A stretch of 64,000 nt of DNA, from the NCBI GenBank assembly GCA_022605425.2, contig JAKIMF020000004.1, positions 744,001 to 808,000 of the forward strand. Direction: 5' to 3'. Both the position numbers and the translations under genes were made by a program. Source of the stretch: Hamiltosporidium tvaerminnensis FI-OER-3-3 (taxonomy: Eukaryota > Fungi > Microsporidia). This document shows positions 27,924 through 41,463 of the stretch, piece after piece (the first letter of the stretch is position 1; every line of letters starts with the position of its first letter). The notes under the pieces were generated by a model. The model was not told where the DNA came from. It searched no databases and worked only from the letters and a program-made list of their open reading frames with translations.

Positions 27924-28899
27924 ATATCATGTATATGGATTTTTTAAAGAATTTATGACTTTACTTATTCTTTAATAAAAAAACTCTTGGTAGAATCTTA
28001 AAATCAACTAATCAGTATACGGAATGACTATTTTTGTCTTAGGTCTAATCAAATCTATTTTCAATATATTTTAATCGGCTATGTTAAATTAATAAAAGTA
28101 ATTATAAAGGTTAACAACAAAATATAAAAAAAACGTAGATAAGATATAATTTTTTTATTTGTACAAACGAAAAAGAGCAGTTTAGAAAAGTTATAGATAT
28201 TTATTTTATTTTTATATCATTATTTTAATGCTTATATTATAGTCTCTATCTTGTTTTGCATTACAATTTTTGTTTAAAATGTAAGCGCTGAAAGCCACAA
28301 ATATTAAAATTACTTGCATCACCTCTTCAACTTATAAAACATTCAAACGTGGTTTTCTATCAATTAAACTAATAATTTTTTATTTTTGCTCCAAAACACA
28401 GGCAGAGAGAAAAAAACTTCATGAAAAACTATCTGCTTAGTGATGTTTAATGAAATTGATAGGAGAATTATTATTTGGATTTGTGATAGAATATAAATCA
28501 AATGTATCTGAAATCCGATTCTCTATAAGGCAGAATCGAAACAGTTATAAAGAAATAGATAGAAAAATACAAGACTTTTTCAAAAAGCGATAACTTAGCG
28601 TGAAATTCAGACTATGATTTATGGAGCAAAAAAATATGAGTTTGACTGGGAAATAGAAGAATTTTGAAGCATCAAAAGGTTTGATCTCTAAAAACAGGCT
28701 TTCGTCAAAGAAAAAAACCCCGGAAATTCCTAGGCACTGAACAGCGACTGAATATGTTTGCATTCTAATTGTTCATCTTGAACTCGAGAGATAGAAGAAG
28801 ACTAGAATAAGTATTTAAGTCTACCAACAATTATTGGTTGTGCTTATATTAAAAACAAAATACCTAGATTTAAATATTATTTTTTTTAGCCATATTTTT

Positions 28900-29600
28900 A
28901 ATTTTGTAATCTGAAATCATTTTATACAAGTAGAATATACAATATAATTTTCATTTAATCGACGCAGCGTCAATTTAAACATGATAGCTGCTCTACCGAC
29001 ACCCCCTTGGCATATTGTACCATTAATTTATTACAAAGCTTCCATATTAGGTATGTAACTCATTAAATATAACCTATCGTTGTACCTGTTTGTTTATTTT
29101 CGTTGCATAAGGTGTGACCGTACATCAAAACCATCGGAATCTTATAGACCAAGAGTATTACGACCTGTTCTACAACAGTATAGCTGGAACAAAATTTATC
29201 TATGATATATCTCTGCGACGTACACGGGGTTAAACTAGACGTTTTAATGTCATTCCAAGGTTTATAGCACGCTACCTGTGTTTTTTTAGCATATAAATGT
29301 TATGTTTTTTTGATATCTTTGGGTGCCAAGTCTTTACCCCTAAGCAAGCCAAGGGTGGTTTTCATGCTTTTACATGACAATAACTTATAGGTTCAATCTC
29401 CGCCTACAATATAGTCACATAAAAAACTAAAAAATCGATTTTAGAATAGGCTTTGGTATTTCGTAGACCCTTCTTCTCATACAAAGCCTAATATAACGAT
29501 CAAATTGTTTAGTTTTATTCTCCAAAAAATGCAAACAAAGACATTTATACAATTTTACATACTCATTCCGAAGCAGATGGTTTTTAATAGAGTCATTCTT
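28900..29600 (-). mobile_element. Old, degenerate copy of the ~730-bp structured element
   Basis: Colinear motifs: CGTTGCAT..GTGTGA, GATATATCTC, CTAGAC..AATGTCAT, CATGCTTTTACATG, CACATAAAAAACTA, TACTCATT..AAGCAGA. Boundaries approximate. Confidence 0.75.
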
Positions 29601-31777
29601 GTCTAATATCTTCTTATAATAACAAATTACATTCAAATTTTTTTTCAACAGCAATTAATTGAAGTAAAATGTTAAGATATGTGATGCTTCTCTTTGAACT
29701 TATATTCATTTCCTCTTTGGTTTATTTCCTTCTCGATTTCAGTTAAAATTAAAATTTGTTAAACCTCTTTGTAGGTTTAAAACAATTCAAAATACAGGCA
29801 CGGTAATTTAGATCTTTGTTTTTTTACGTCTCTGTTTCTCGTCATTAGATATTTAATGGAAGTATGACATATATTAATCATGATATTCCGCTTATTATAT
29901 CGTAACTCGGTGTGTCTTTTGCTATTCTCATCGGCATTAGATCTTGACATTAATCTTCTTAATATATCAAATAAAATACAATAGAATAGATTTTCCAACA
30001 AAAAAACTAAATATATGCTTATACTCTCACGGATATGTTGAGCCTTTTCAGCTAATATATGATATTTTAAGTGCTTTTTTAGTTGTCTTTGCCTGCCCAT
30101 ACCCTACAAAAAACACCAAAAGCTAGGATTACAATAATTTATTGTAATTACAATTACAGAAGTATAAATTCTCGATTTATATCGCTTCATATTCATCATT
30201 TACGGTTCTAACACCTTTTTTTTCAAATTTCATCCCGCCACCCTCTTTTTTTACTATGCTACTTTTTAAATGTACAAATTGTAGTAAAATTCGTACCACA
30301 TAAACTATAAAAAATCCAAAAAGTGGTCAAAGACAATTTTTATAAAAAAGTTTATTTTGATTTTTAAGTTTATTTTTAGATTTATTTATTTTTTTTTGAA
30401 ATAAAATATTAAAATAGAGTCAAATATTAAAAAAGGATATAGAAAACCGAATAATCATAAAATCAGAATTAATCTTGTACTCAGTACTGCTTCATATTTT
30501 CTGCTTTATAAATTATTATTTTGTTGCAATCTCTTATTCTGTTGTCTAAAACCATAGGTGTCTTACTGAAAAGACAAACGATATAGAAGATTTAGAGCTT
30601 AATATGATCCGGGTCAGTGATCACCGAACTTTTGACCCGAGGAACATATAAACTTCTATAGAAATTCACTGGGAACACGAAATTATGGTTTTTGATATTA
30701 ACCTACACAAAAGTGTTTTTTTAATATTTATTGTCGTATTTTATCGTGTCCCATTGAATCAAAAAATATAAAATGCCATCGTCTCGAACTTATACTAATG
30801 TTTTATATATAAAAATAAAAATTTTATCAATTCTACCATTTCATTATGATTCTCATATTCTATATGCTCTGTTTTGGAAGAATTTCTTACTAAAAATGCA
30901 CGTAATTTTTTGTTGGTATTTTATTCTGTCTCTTTCTTTGTTCTTTATTGCATTTTATTGTTAAATTGAATAGATAGGATGAGAGCATTTTAATAAAAGC
31001 AGTAAATAAAATATTTTTATTGTAAAACCTTTTATTTACGGTGTGTTTTAGTAACCTGAGGCTAATTTTTTTAATATTTGAATTTTTTCATATTTTTAGA
31101 TGTTAGATTCAATACAAACGTGTGTCATATATAAGGGAAAATAAAAACACAGGAAGAAGCCAGGATATAAGAATTTAAGAAAAACATTGAAATTTAAAAG
31201 TTTTTTTTATTTTTTATTTTGTGGTAATATTTCTGAATTAATTTTTTTTTAATTCATTAGTTTTTTTAATTTCCTTTTTTATTTCCTCTTTTAGTTTTTT
31301 TTTGTTTTTTTTTTAGTTTTTTTAGTTTTTTTAATTTCCTTTTTTAGCCGTATTAAATTAGATTCTATATATTTTTAAATTTATTTTAATTTTTAATTTT
31401 TTTTTTGAATTTAAAATGTTCTTAATCTGTTTAAATTCCATAATTTACCAAAATATTTATTTTTCTTTTGAGCAAAGACATAAACACGATTTTTTTTTTC
31501 AGACTGATCTTTTTAAACGAAGTGATAATCTACTAAATTTTACCTCTGGCCAGAGTTTAATTCAGCGGGAGAGACATAATGGAGGGAAAACTAATATAAA
31601 ATACGATATTATTTACCATTTTAAGATTTTTTCAATAAATTATAAAACATTTTTTTAAAAAAATATTTTAATATTAATATACCATTTAAAGATATAAAAA
31701 AAATTATTTCGGCAATAAAATATAATAAAATATAAAAAAATATAAAAAAATATAAAAAAATATAAAAAATTCAAACC

Positions 31778-32923
31778 ATGCAAATAAATTTCTTTCTTTT
31801 AACAAGTTTATTGCTCTTTAATCATGTGAGTAATTGTAGAAATTCAATTTTTTTGAATAAATTTATGACTACGGGAATGCTGAAACCATATTTTTACATT
31901 ACTTTTTATTTCAAAAGCTCAGTTCTCACATCAAATCCATCAACTGCAGTAGAAAATATGTGTGAAGATGACAGTTTTTTTATAAAAAACTACATAAAAA
32001 GTGCAATTTCATTTTATTTTTCGTATTACTATTTTTATTGTTGCGATGATGAAACTTTAGAAGAAAAGAGAAGAAAGATGGTAAAAGAAAAATACATTGA
32101 AAAATTGAATTCACTTAATGACATAAATGAACAAAAGAAGGAAGATTTACTGTTAAATTTTGAGTTGGATTGGTCGCAGGAATCGATTAAAAACCATGAT
32201 AATTGTTTTTACGACGGTATGGATTATGCACTAACAAAGCTAATATTACATATTCAGAAGAAGCTGAACTACGATCAGTTATTATATTTTTCTGTTGTAA
32301 CGTTGCTAATAAATCAGGATGAATTTTTAAATGTAATTAAATCTAACTTATCACTTGCTAAAACACACGTTCAAACACTAGAAGGCGAGAAAAATCAATA
32401 TATGACGCAAGGCATAGAAAAACATAACTCTCAAGCTGTTGAGAGTAATGGAGATTTAACATGTGAAGAGTTAAAGAAGAAATTTCTAACGAGTTTTCCA
32501 AATTATGATTTAAATATGTATAAAAAAATTTATTATGTTGATGAAGATTCTCCGATACCTTTATTAAATCGATCAAAGGATATTATTAAAGAATTCGTTT
32601 TGAATGAAATCACTTGCGATGATAGAAAAATGGTTGAATGTATCGCCGAGTTTAGGTTCAAAGAAAATGGTTTGATTCCTAGCCGTACTCGTTTTAGCTT
32701 ACTTGGATATTATTCTGGATTAAGACTTATTTCTAGTGAATATAGCGGAGCATTATATAGAATTTTAGAGAAACCTATTTCAGAAAATATTTTATGTTGG
32801 TGTCAGTTATTTATATCTGGAATGGTATTTCATGATATTTCATCTGATTTACTTCGTTATTCAGTGTATAAATATTGCAATGAAATGGAAAAAAAACAAG
32901 GAAAATCATTCAAATCACATTGA
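31778..32923 (+). CDS. Lineage-specific putative secreted protein, intact family member (381 aa)
   Basis: Uninterrupted ORF with an N-terminal hydrophobic signal-peptide-like stretch (MQINFFLLTSLLLFNHVSN) and three paralogues in the window. Confidence 0.88.
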   Translation: MQINFFLLTSLLLFNHVSNCRNSIFLNKFMTTGMLKPYFYITFYFKSSVLTSNPSTAVENMCEDDSFFIKNYIKSAISFYFSYYYFYCCDDETLEEKRRKMVKEKYIEKLNSLNDINEQKKEDLLLNFELDWSQESIKNHDNCFYDGMDYALTKLILHIQKKLNYDQLLYFSVVTLLINQDEFLNVIKSNLSLAKTHVQTLEGEKNQYMTQGIEKHNSQAVESNGDLTCEELKKKFLTSFPNYDLNMYKKIYYVDEDSPIPLLNRSKDIIKEFVLNEITCDDRKMVECIAEFRFKENGLIPSRTRFSLLGYYSGLRLISSEYSGALYRILEKPISENILCWCQLFISGMVFHDISSDLLRYSVYKYCNEMEKKQGKSFKSH

Positions 32924-33501
32924 GTTAATCTAAATTCATGTCTATGATTTTTTTGTGATAAATTTAGCTTCAAATTATTCTTTAATAGAAAAATTCTTTG
33001 ATTGAATCTTACCAATTAATAAATTAATATTAGAAATAAATAATTATTGATTATTTAATTCGTATTTTTTATTTTTTTCTATCTTTTTCTCAATCTAATC
33101 ACTAAAAAATATATTTTAGTCATAAAATATTGAATTTAGAACAGAGTTGATAATAAATGGCAAAAAAATAATAAAATTATGAAAAAAAGATATAAATTTT
33201 TATTGTGCAAACCAATAAAAACGATCTGTAATGACTATAAACATTTCTGGTTAAAATCTTTGGTTATCTCTTTTTGAGTATTTATTATCTTCATTTCAAT
33301 TATTTTTAGGCCATAATATTTAGACTGTTTTCAAATTTGTTTTTAGCCGAAGATTTTATAGTCAGAGTATTGAATTTAGATTGTTTTTATATTTCTTAAT
33401 AAAGAATATTTAGAGAATTTGTAATTTTTTTTAAAATTACTGTTTATTTAAAAACGATTTTTGTGATTTTTTCTTATAATTTCTGGCTTGAATAACCCCA
33501 A

Positions 33502-34509
33502 ATGAATCCGGTTGGGGATGTTAATACTATTGCAGCAGATATTGGCACAGAAACATTAAAAATAGGATATTGTGGTGCACTTCATCCTACAATTTTCAAT
33601 TCTACGCGCCAAAATCCAAATTATGAATCACCCGTTTTACATTCTGTTATATCTTCACCATCATATTATTTATCACTTTTGACTTCTTCTTTATCTTGTA
33701 ATGATCCTTTGGTGTTGGCAGTGAATTATGAAGAAAAAATGGTGGTTAAAAAAAATATTGTCGGATATCTTTTGGACAAAAAATATACGAACGGAATACT
33801 TTTGGTTCCTTCAAATCTTATGGACATGTATTCTCATGGAAAAAGCAGTGGAATTGTTGTAAATATGAGTGGTGGTTCTACAAGTGTTTCAACAATTATA
33901 GAAGGTAACGTGACGCATTATTATTCAGTTCCTATTGGGGGATTTGATTTGACACAGAAATTTAGAAAATATTTAAATGAAGAAGATTTGGTGCCGAGAG
34001 GTTACAAATCGAATGAAAAGGGTGATAATGATGCTAAATTTGCATTTTTAAAAGATGAGTTGTGTAGAGAAATCAAAGAATCTGTTATTGAAGTTAAATC
34101 GGAACGAAATTCGGAGACATTTTATGAACTACCATCTGGAAAATCTATTAAATTCGGAAATGAAAGGTATGAATTGGCTGATTATCTTTTAGAAAAAAGT
34201 AATTTAATTGAAACGGTCAGATCTTTGATTGATAAGAATGATCAAGATGTGAGGCATATCTTGGTTAACAATATAATGTTGTGTGGGATGGGTGTGATCA
34301 ATGGAATCAGTGAACGTTTGGTTAGTGAGCTTAGTAAAACATATTCTCCGAGTAAAATACGAATATATTGGGAAAAGAAAGTATTTTCTACTTTTTTTGG
34401 TGCAAGCGTAGTTGGTAGTGTAGGAATGGCTAAAAACATGTTTATAACACAGGCGGACTATGAAGAATGTGGGGAATCTATTTTAGAAAGAAAAAACGTG
34501 ATGTGGTAA
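33502..34509 (+). CDS. ARP4: Actin-related protein, Arp4/ACTL6-like, reduced
   Basis: DVNTIAADIGTETLKIGYCG, GKSSGIVVNMSGG, IGGFDLT, YELPSG, FSTFFGASVVGSVG..MFITQADYEECG actin-fold motifs. The N-terminus resembles the Arp4 'GDEV.A.V.D.G' pattern. CCCC lies upstream of the ATG. Confidence 0.75.
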   Translation: MNPVGDVNTIAADIGTETLKIGYCGALHPTIFNSTRQNPNYESPVLHSVISSPSYYLSLLTSSLSCNDPLVLAVNYEEKMVVKKNIVGYLLDKKYTNGILLVPSNLMDMYSHGKSSGIVVNMSGGSTSVSTIIEGNVTHYYSVPIGGFDLTQKFRKYLNEEDLVPRGYKSNEKGDNDAKFAFLKDELCREIKESVIEVKSERNSETFYELPSGKSIKFGNERYELADYLLEKSNLIETVRSLIDKNDQDVRHILVNNIMLCGMGVINGISERLVSELSKTYSPSKIRIYWEKKVFSTFFGASVVGSVGMAKNMFITQADYEECGESILERKNVMW

Positions 34510-35082
34510 AATTAATTTTATATTTGATAAACTATAAATATATTGTTTATGCATATTTAAATATAGCTAAGTTTTCATTTCAGCAACAAATTTTTATATT
34601 TGATAAACTATAAATATATTGTTTAGGAATTTAAATATATTCCCAGTTTATCAATTAAATTTTAAATTAGTAAAATCTTCAAGTTTAATTCTAAATATTT
34701 ATTTTTTTTATACTTACTTATTCCAGTTCTCTTGTACCTCTCGGTGTTGAGGACAGTTTTTTTTCATTCTATGCTTAAATTGAATGAAGTGTGTTTATTC
34801 TTTGGCTAAAAATAAATTTTTTATGTTTTTAAATTACAATAAAATATTTTTTATATAAGTGATTTACATATTTTTTTGAATATATTTCAAACATAGTAAA
34901 ATCATAAATTTGTAATAATCCAAACAAAAGTAACAGTAAATTATAAAGAAGTTTTTTTAGATTTAAATATTTATTTTTTATTCTTTATTCATAGCATTTT
35001 GTCTTCATTGTATATTTAACATATAATTGATTAAAAATATCAAATCTTTTGATTTATTTTTTTGCTACTAACTTTTGATAAT

Positions 35083-35895
35083 TTAAATATTACTGTATGA
35101 CATTGAAGTTGGATACCGAGCTTGATAAAGATTCGAATAATTTTCTGATATTATAGAACAAGTGTTTTTAGAAGTGTAAATTACTAAAGTATTATTCTCT
35201 TCTTCATTAGAATCTAGTAGAAACCTATAAATTTTGGTGGATTCTATAATCCCTGTTATAGAATTTGATATAAAAATAATGATTTTTATGTTCGGTACAT
35301 TTTTGTTACTACCAGCAACGCCGGCTTCTTGATCATCATTGACTGATGAATCAATATATTGGTAGGTAGTGCTCGTGTTTCTTAAATCTTCAAGCATATT
35401 ATAGATATAATAGCCTAGCCTAGCAATTCTTTCTTGTTTATTTGGATGTAAACCATCAAATGTATAATATCCACCATTGGTTTTTTGTACGAATATGATT
35501 TTCTCTCTATTTGCTTTCACGGTTTCAGTATAGTTGTCTTCCGAGGACATCTCTTCGATTCCTAAATAATAATTTAAAACATCTGTATCAGTCACTAATG
35601 CTTTCCAAGTCAAATGATTCAAAGATTCTATGTAGCATATATAAACATGTAATGGTGAAAATATATCCAAATTCGAAATCATCCTAAGATTATCTCTACA
35701 AAAAACATCTGCCACATCAAAATTATTCAAATTATTAAAATACAACGTAATGTTTTTGATTTGTTCACTTTCTTCATTATCAGTATGAGTAGATGTGTTA
35801 TTTGAACTCATGAAACACAAAGAACCGTAAAACAATAGAATCTCGAAATACATTCGCATTGCATGAACAAGTATTTTTTTTATTATAAGTATCAA
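35083..35895 (-). CDS. Hypothetical protein, probable signal peptide (true start probably MRMYFEILLFYGSLC)
   Basis: 270-aa open frame in AT-rich DNA with a hydrophobic N-terminus. No family recognised. Confidence 0.65.
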   Translation of the reverse strand: MILIIKKILVHAMRMYFEILLFYGSLCFMSSNNTSTHTDNEESEQIKNITLYFNNLNNFDVADVFCRDNLRMISNLDIFSPLHVYICYIESLNHLTWKALVTDTDVLNYYLGIEEMSSEDNYTETVKANREKIIFVQKTNGGYYTFDGLHPNKQERIARLGYYIYNMLEDLRNTSTTYQYIDSSVNDDQEAGVAGSNKNVPNIKIIIFISNSITGIIESTKIYRFLLDSNEEENNTLVIYTSKNTCSIISENYSNLYQARYPTSMSYSNI

Positions 35896-37606
35896 CTAAT
35901 TAGATTGAAAAAAACGAATCTTAGAATTTTTTTTATTTCAAAATATTTACTTATATAGTAAATTTATTTTATATAATAAATGAATACAAAAAAATTCGAT
36001 TTTATCTTAAACTATACAAAGCAACTAAATTTTGTTTAAAATTGATTTGAATCTTAATAAAAGCAAGAATTTCGATGAAAAAAACGTTTTTTATATTTAG
36101 ATTATCTATAAAATGCATTGATTGGTTTGATCGAATAAATTTTTTCAAACAAATTTTTGTGATTCCGAGCAATAAATCATTGGTTTTTGTAAAATAATAA
36201 AATCATAATATGGTAATGTTAGTATAAAATACCATTTGATTTACAATGAACATGATTATTTCTGAATATAAATTTGGTTTATGAAAGCATTAATCCAGTT
36301 TTTCCCAAAAAAGTAAAAACTTTTGTCTTCAGTGTCTGAATATTTCTTACAGATTTTATAGGAATCGTGTTTTGAATGAGAATTAAATTATAGAAATAAA
36401 ATATTTCGAAATATATATTTTACTGATTTTTGAAAAAAAAATTTAATACTAAAATTTCATTACTAAATACCACGAGATTAAAGAATAAAACACCCAATTA
36501 AGCTTGCATATTTATTGAGTGAATGAATTATTTTTTTTCGATTTTTTAAAAAATGATTAAAACTTCTGAAAGAACTAGTTGTTAAATTCGTGGAAACGAA
36601 CTAAATTTTACATTTAAGAAAAAAAATACATTGGATTATCTTCTTAAAATCATTAGCTTGGCTATAAAGGTTCTTTAGATTATTCAGGCTTTTGCAACCT
36701 CTAAAAATCTGTCTACTCGAATATTTTTTTAGTCTCTCATTACCGCCATTTTGAACCGTATTTGAGCAATTTCATAGTATAATTTCAAAATATATTTTCT
36801 TATCATGTTTTTTCTATTCTGTTTTATTAAGTTTTAAATTTATAGTAGATTTAACTATTATTTTTTTGCTCAATCAAGATCGCCATCTATTTTCATCACT
36901 TCTCTCAATTTTTTGTATGCCTTTTAGTCATAATTAGGATTTCATTTTTCTAAAATAAACCTTTTTTTTGCCGATGCTATATTAGTTAATTCATTTATTG
37001 TATAAATCCATAGTCATAGTCATTTTCATTGAAATTTCTAAATTTATCAAGTATAAAATTCCATGTATAATTCAAGCAGACATTGTTTTATACCATAATT
37101 ATTGAAGATACAAATAAATTGCACAAAGGAAAGACAGAAAAACATCAAGCATATCGTACAATTTTTTATTTAAAGTAAAATTCTTAGAAGAAAGTACCAG
37201 AAAAAATTGACTTAAATTTTTTCAAAAATGAAAACTTTAGGAACAGTAAATAAAAATATATTTGTTTGTTGTTCTTCCCATATTAATAGAGCCTAGAAAA
37301 TATTTTTACAATTTTTATTTCCAATTTTTTTGAATCAATAGAACCTTTCTAAGCATTTAATGTTATACTTCTACTCAATATTATTAGTTGTGTAAGATTT
37401 ATGAAAAAATCAGAAAATTTATATCTCAATTGGAGTACGCTTGTTGGTGTATTGTAGTGTTTTAACCAATTAAACATTTCGAGGTGAGTTATCGTCTTCG
37501 CCAAGACAGTACTGAATTATATAAATGATTTCGACATATTTTTTTTACATTTGGTATAACAGGGAATTTTGAACCGGTTTTTTTCAAATTCATATATACG
37601 ATCATC

Positions 37607-40600
37607 TTTTATTTAATAAAATTCTGGGTTAAAATATTTTTAACATTTTTTTATGTTTTCATCTACCTCTTTAACCACTTCTGTCTCTTCTTCCAAATCC
37701 GACTCTTTATTTATGTTATTGGTCGGTTCCTCTAAAGTGGTTCCTCCTTGTGAAATAAGGAGTGTATTATTTTTTAGTTTTCAATTTTTTGCACCATTTT
37801 TCTCTCTCTTCGCTTCTTTTAAAGGGGGTGTTGGTTCCTCGTGCCTCTCTGCTCTCATAATAACACCCATTGACGTTCTTTCCCAGCTCTCTATGGCATT
37901 TAGTCCTGACTCAAGTCTTCTTCGTCGGTCAAAGGAAATTGTTTCGACTGTCTTCTTAAGTACTATAGACTGAATGTATGCCTCTACATTCATGGGTATT
38001 TCTCATCTTTGTCGTTGAGATTTATGGTATTTTGTCACAATACCGTCCCAGGTAATCACATAAGGGATTATCTCAACACTAAACTTATAAATAAGACCAA
38101 ACTCATTGGCTAGCAGGTCATACTTCCTAAGTTTTTCAGTTTCAACTATTTGAAGCGAATCTTGGGAAGTGATTCCTACTTCAATGAGTGTTATCTTATT
38201 CTTCTTCTTATCTAAAATAAATATGTACGGTCTGTTATTCCGAATTTTAACATCAGTTTTAATTCTGGTGTCCACTCTTATCTCTGCATACTCATTATCA
38301 AGAATTTCTTGAACTGAGTGACTCCTTATTCGTTTTGAAGACTTAAACTTATATCTATTTAGAAGAAGAAGGTGTAGGCATCTAACCACTTCATTATGCC
38401 GTCTAGTGTAATCATGGCCTAGCATTTTTTCACATCTAGTTGCTAGATGATCTACAGTCTTACCAGACTTCCCGCAATGTTGACACACACCATCTGCTCC
38501 CCAGAATACATTTCTATCCTGGATATAGCAGAACACAGTTTCATTTCGTGGCCTAATATTCCCTCTCTTTAGCCATCTTGAAGAGTCACTAACACTTACA
38601 AGCTCATTTTTCCTTGCATTATATAACTTTGAATGTAGTTTTCGTTTTTCTATTTCGTTATATAGTTTTGCAAGTTGAGCTTCTTCTAAACTTTTCTTAG
38701 TGACTTCTTCTACCAACCGGTACTTTACTTTTAAGAAGCCTTTTATTAGTGCAAGATAGGTTTTATTATTATTCTCCACCTTGAGGATTGCTGCTCGTCT
38801 AGTTGATATATCTTTACTTTTTTCCAGACAATCCAAGAGTTGCAGAAGCATATGTCCGCTTCGCAACTCAACACTATGTAGGCCTCTTCCGAGTTCTGTT
38901 CTAGGGAGGTATAAACGCTCTTTACATCCTGGGCGGAGCTGTATCTTATTTTTAACCAACACCGCACGCACTGCATCATCTAACTTAGAGAAGTCAGCCG
39001 GTTCAAGTCGAAGTACTCCTATGTGGTAGTTTATTAACGATATCGCATGTTGATTGATTGCAGAAAATAAATTTTTTGCATTTAATCTAGTGTGACAAAG
39101 TCTTTCAACTCTTGCTATCAGTTTGCTCTGTACTTCTTCAAATGAGCTACGTGTTGGAATTCCTCTGCTATCTTCTATTATTCCTAAATATTCGTAAACA
39201 CTAACACCTTCTAAAAGAGTAGCAGTATCTTCACAACACTTATCATTTGTGGCTGACTTCTCTTTGTTAATCTCTAAGCCAATCACCTCTAAAAATTCCT
39301 TTGCCTCGCCTGTCATAGCACTCAATGTGGAGCTGTCTTTTGCAAGAAGCTTAAGATCATCAATAAACAAGATATGATTAGTAGAATAGGATTCTGCATC
39401 TGTTTGTACTGTCACTTTTGTGTATTTTTCATTAAGCTTTCGGCTTAATGGATCCATACACAACACAAATAACAAAGGTGACAAACTATCTCCTTGTAGA
39501 ATCCCTCTATCAATCTTCTTGCTCATGATTTTTTTCAGGCCCTACTGATATATCAATTTTCCATTTTGATATAATTACCTTAATAAATTTCAGGATCCAA
39601 TCAGGTAAATTAAGGTTTTCCATGCATTGAGTTAAATAAGCATGATCTATTGAATCATAAGCTTTTTTAACATCAATCCATGTTGCCTTAAGATTGTTTC
39701 CATACTCTTTATTTAAAGCAATATTCCGTAGAGCCTGCTCTTTAGCTCTCTGCACACCTCTTACACCTCCTAATGGATTTTCGGCAAGCAACCTTCGCCT
39801 TTCCACTTCAATTTGAACGACTTTCGTCACACACTTTGTCGTTAACTTATAGAGGTTGGACATACAAGTGATTGGCCTGTAGTCAGAGCCTCTTCGTGGA
39901 ATTCCTTTCGGTATCAAATACTTAAGCCCGCTGTAAAACCAATCAGCTTGTGGTGTTCCTTCTAAACATATAACTTTCACAATATCATAAATATATTTGT
40001 GAAGAGTTGTAAGTTTCTTAATGAAAAAATTGTAAATACCATCAATTCCAGCAGCTTTCCAATTGGGGAGCCAATTAATGATATTCACAAATTCATCAAG
40101 TGAAGGAAACGTGGTCGGATGATTATCTGATACAAATGGAATCAAATAATCATCGTACGTGACTGTGTCATCATTTTTGTTCCACATTGTAGACCAAAAA
40201 CTCACAATTTCATCACGGCTAACCACATGCTCGGATTCCACACGCTCAGATAACCCACGATAAAATCGACCTCGGAAAAGCTCAAACATACGATTCTCTT
40301 TTCGGAATTGCTTCCTACTTTCATGCATCGTAATTTTTTTCTCGTAAACATTCAAAGACTCATTCTTCTTAACTAAAGCCTCAGAAAGATCAGTTACGCT
40401 GCTCAAGTATAAATTAAACTCTCGCATGATTTTCTTAAGGCTCTTCGTTTCCGAAGTGGAGAGCTTTTCCTGCTTACGAGCTTTCTCGAGAAGATCTTTG
40501 GAAAGTACTAACTTAGAAATTTTACTTTCTATGTTTTCCTTCCAAGCGGATCTAGGCTTCTCTTTACGTGTTGCCTCGTCATAGCATACCTGCGCAGCTT

Positions 40601-41415
40601 GCATGATATACGCGGCTTCCGTAATTGACTCAGGTAAATGAGCTCCTGCATATTCACCGACTACTCGATTAATGAGATCCAGAACTTTACTATCAACCAA
40701 TTCATTTGGATGTTTTCTAGTTCGGACCACCACTTTTCCAATTTCGTTCTCAGAGATTTCTTTGATTTTACTCAAGAATTTATCTCTCAGGTTTATGTAC
40801 TCCGTGGTGTCGGTCAAGGTGCATGTATCAGCGAGACAAGTGGCGATTCTACGTCGCTCTTCATTCTCTTCTGATTTTACTTCCTTTCCCATCTCACTTT
40901 GTGCCAATTTTTTTAACACTTCGAGAGTTTCAGTGCAGCCGAATTTCTCATTATAGTACCTGTGAAGCTCTGTCCAGCCATTTCTTGGCATTCTTTCAAA
41001 CCTTGTCTGTACTGCAAAAAAAAAACAATTCGAGGCCATTCCTTCGGGTCGGCTGTTACGGAATCGAATATCGTCCGCAATGCCATTAGCCTGTTACCTT
41101 CCGGAATAGCTAGAGTACAGGGGCTTGTCATGTCGTACGATGGCTTGCACGCAGAGACTTCAACCGAAGAGGGAACTGGTGTATTAGGCGAAGGTAAGGT
41201 GTCAAGCCCACTACTATTTTGCATTTTACTGCATGTTTGGCTTGGTGGTGGAGGTGTTATTGTTGTGTAGGAGGAGGAAGGTAGGGAAATCGCCGGTGGG
41301 TGTAGCTTACATTTTTTACCTCACAGTCACTCTTCTTCATCTCATCAGCGTCGTTTGCAGCCTTTATTTTGGTATTTTTCGATATTTCGCTGCTAACATT
41401 TTTCTTTCTACCCAT
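37607..41415 (-). mobile_element. Near full-length RLE-type (R4/Dong-like) non-LTR retrotransposon, single ORF disrupted
   Basis: The ORF can be rebuilt from the ATG at 41415 (MGRKKNVSSE) through 41224-40913, 41039-39510, 39526-38003 and 37993-37781. RT motifs: KAAGIDGI, YRPITCM, WIDVKKAYDSI, GILQGDSLSPLLF, FIDD, YLG. It also has a CCHC knuckle, RHNEVV and RLE (RPYI..LIEVG..EKLRKY). Frameshifts lie in homopolymers and there is an in-frame TGA at 38003-38005. Confidence 0.95.
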
Positions 41416-41463
41416 TTTTTTTTAAATAATAAATTATTTAAATTTATTTTTTTAATTTATTTA

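Noticed and set aside
29777-30126. 107-aa and 60-aa overlapping ORFs
   Set aside because: No recognisable motif or start context; possibly decayed coding DNA but unsupported.
34517-34625. ~33-bp direct duplication downstream of ARP4, and a similar ~40-bp duplication at 42218-42326
   Set aside because: These are ordinary local slippage duplications in AT-rich DNA.
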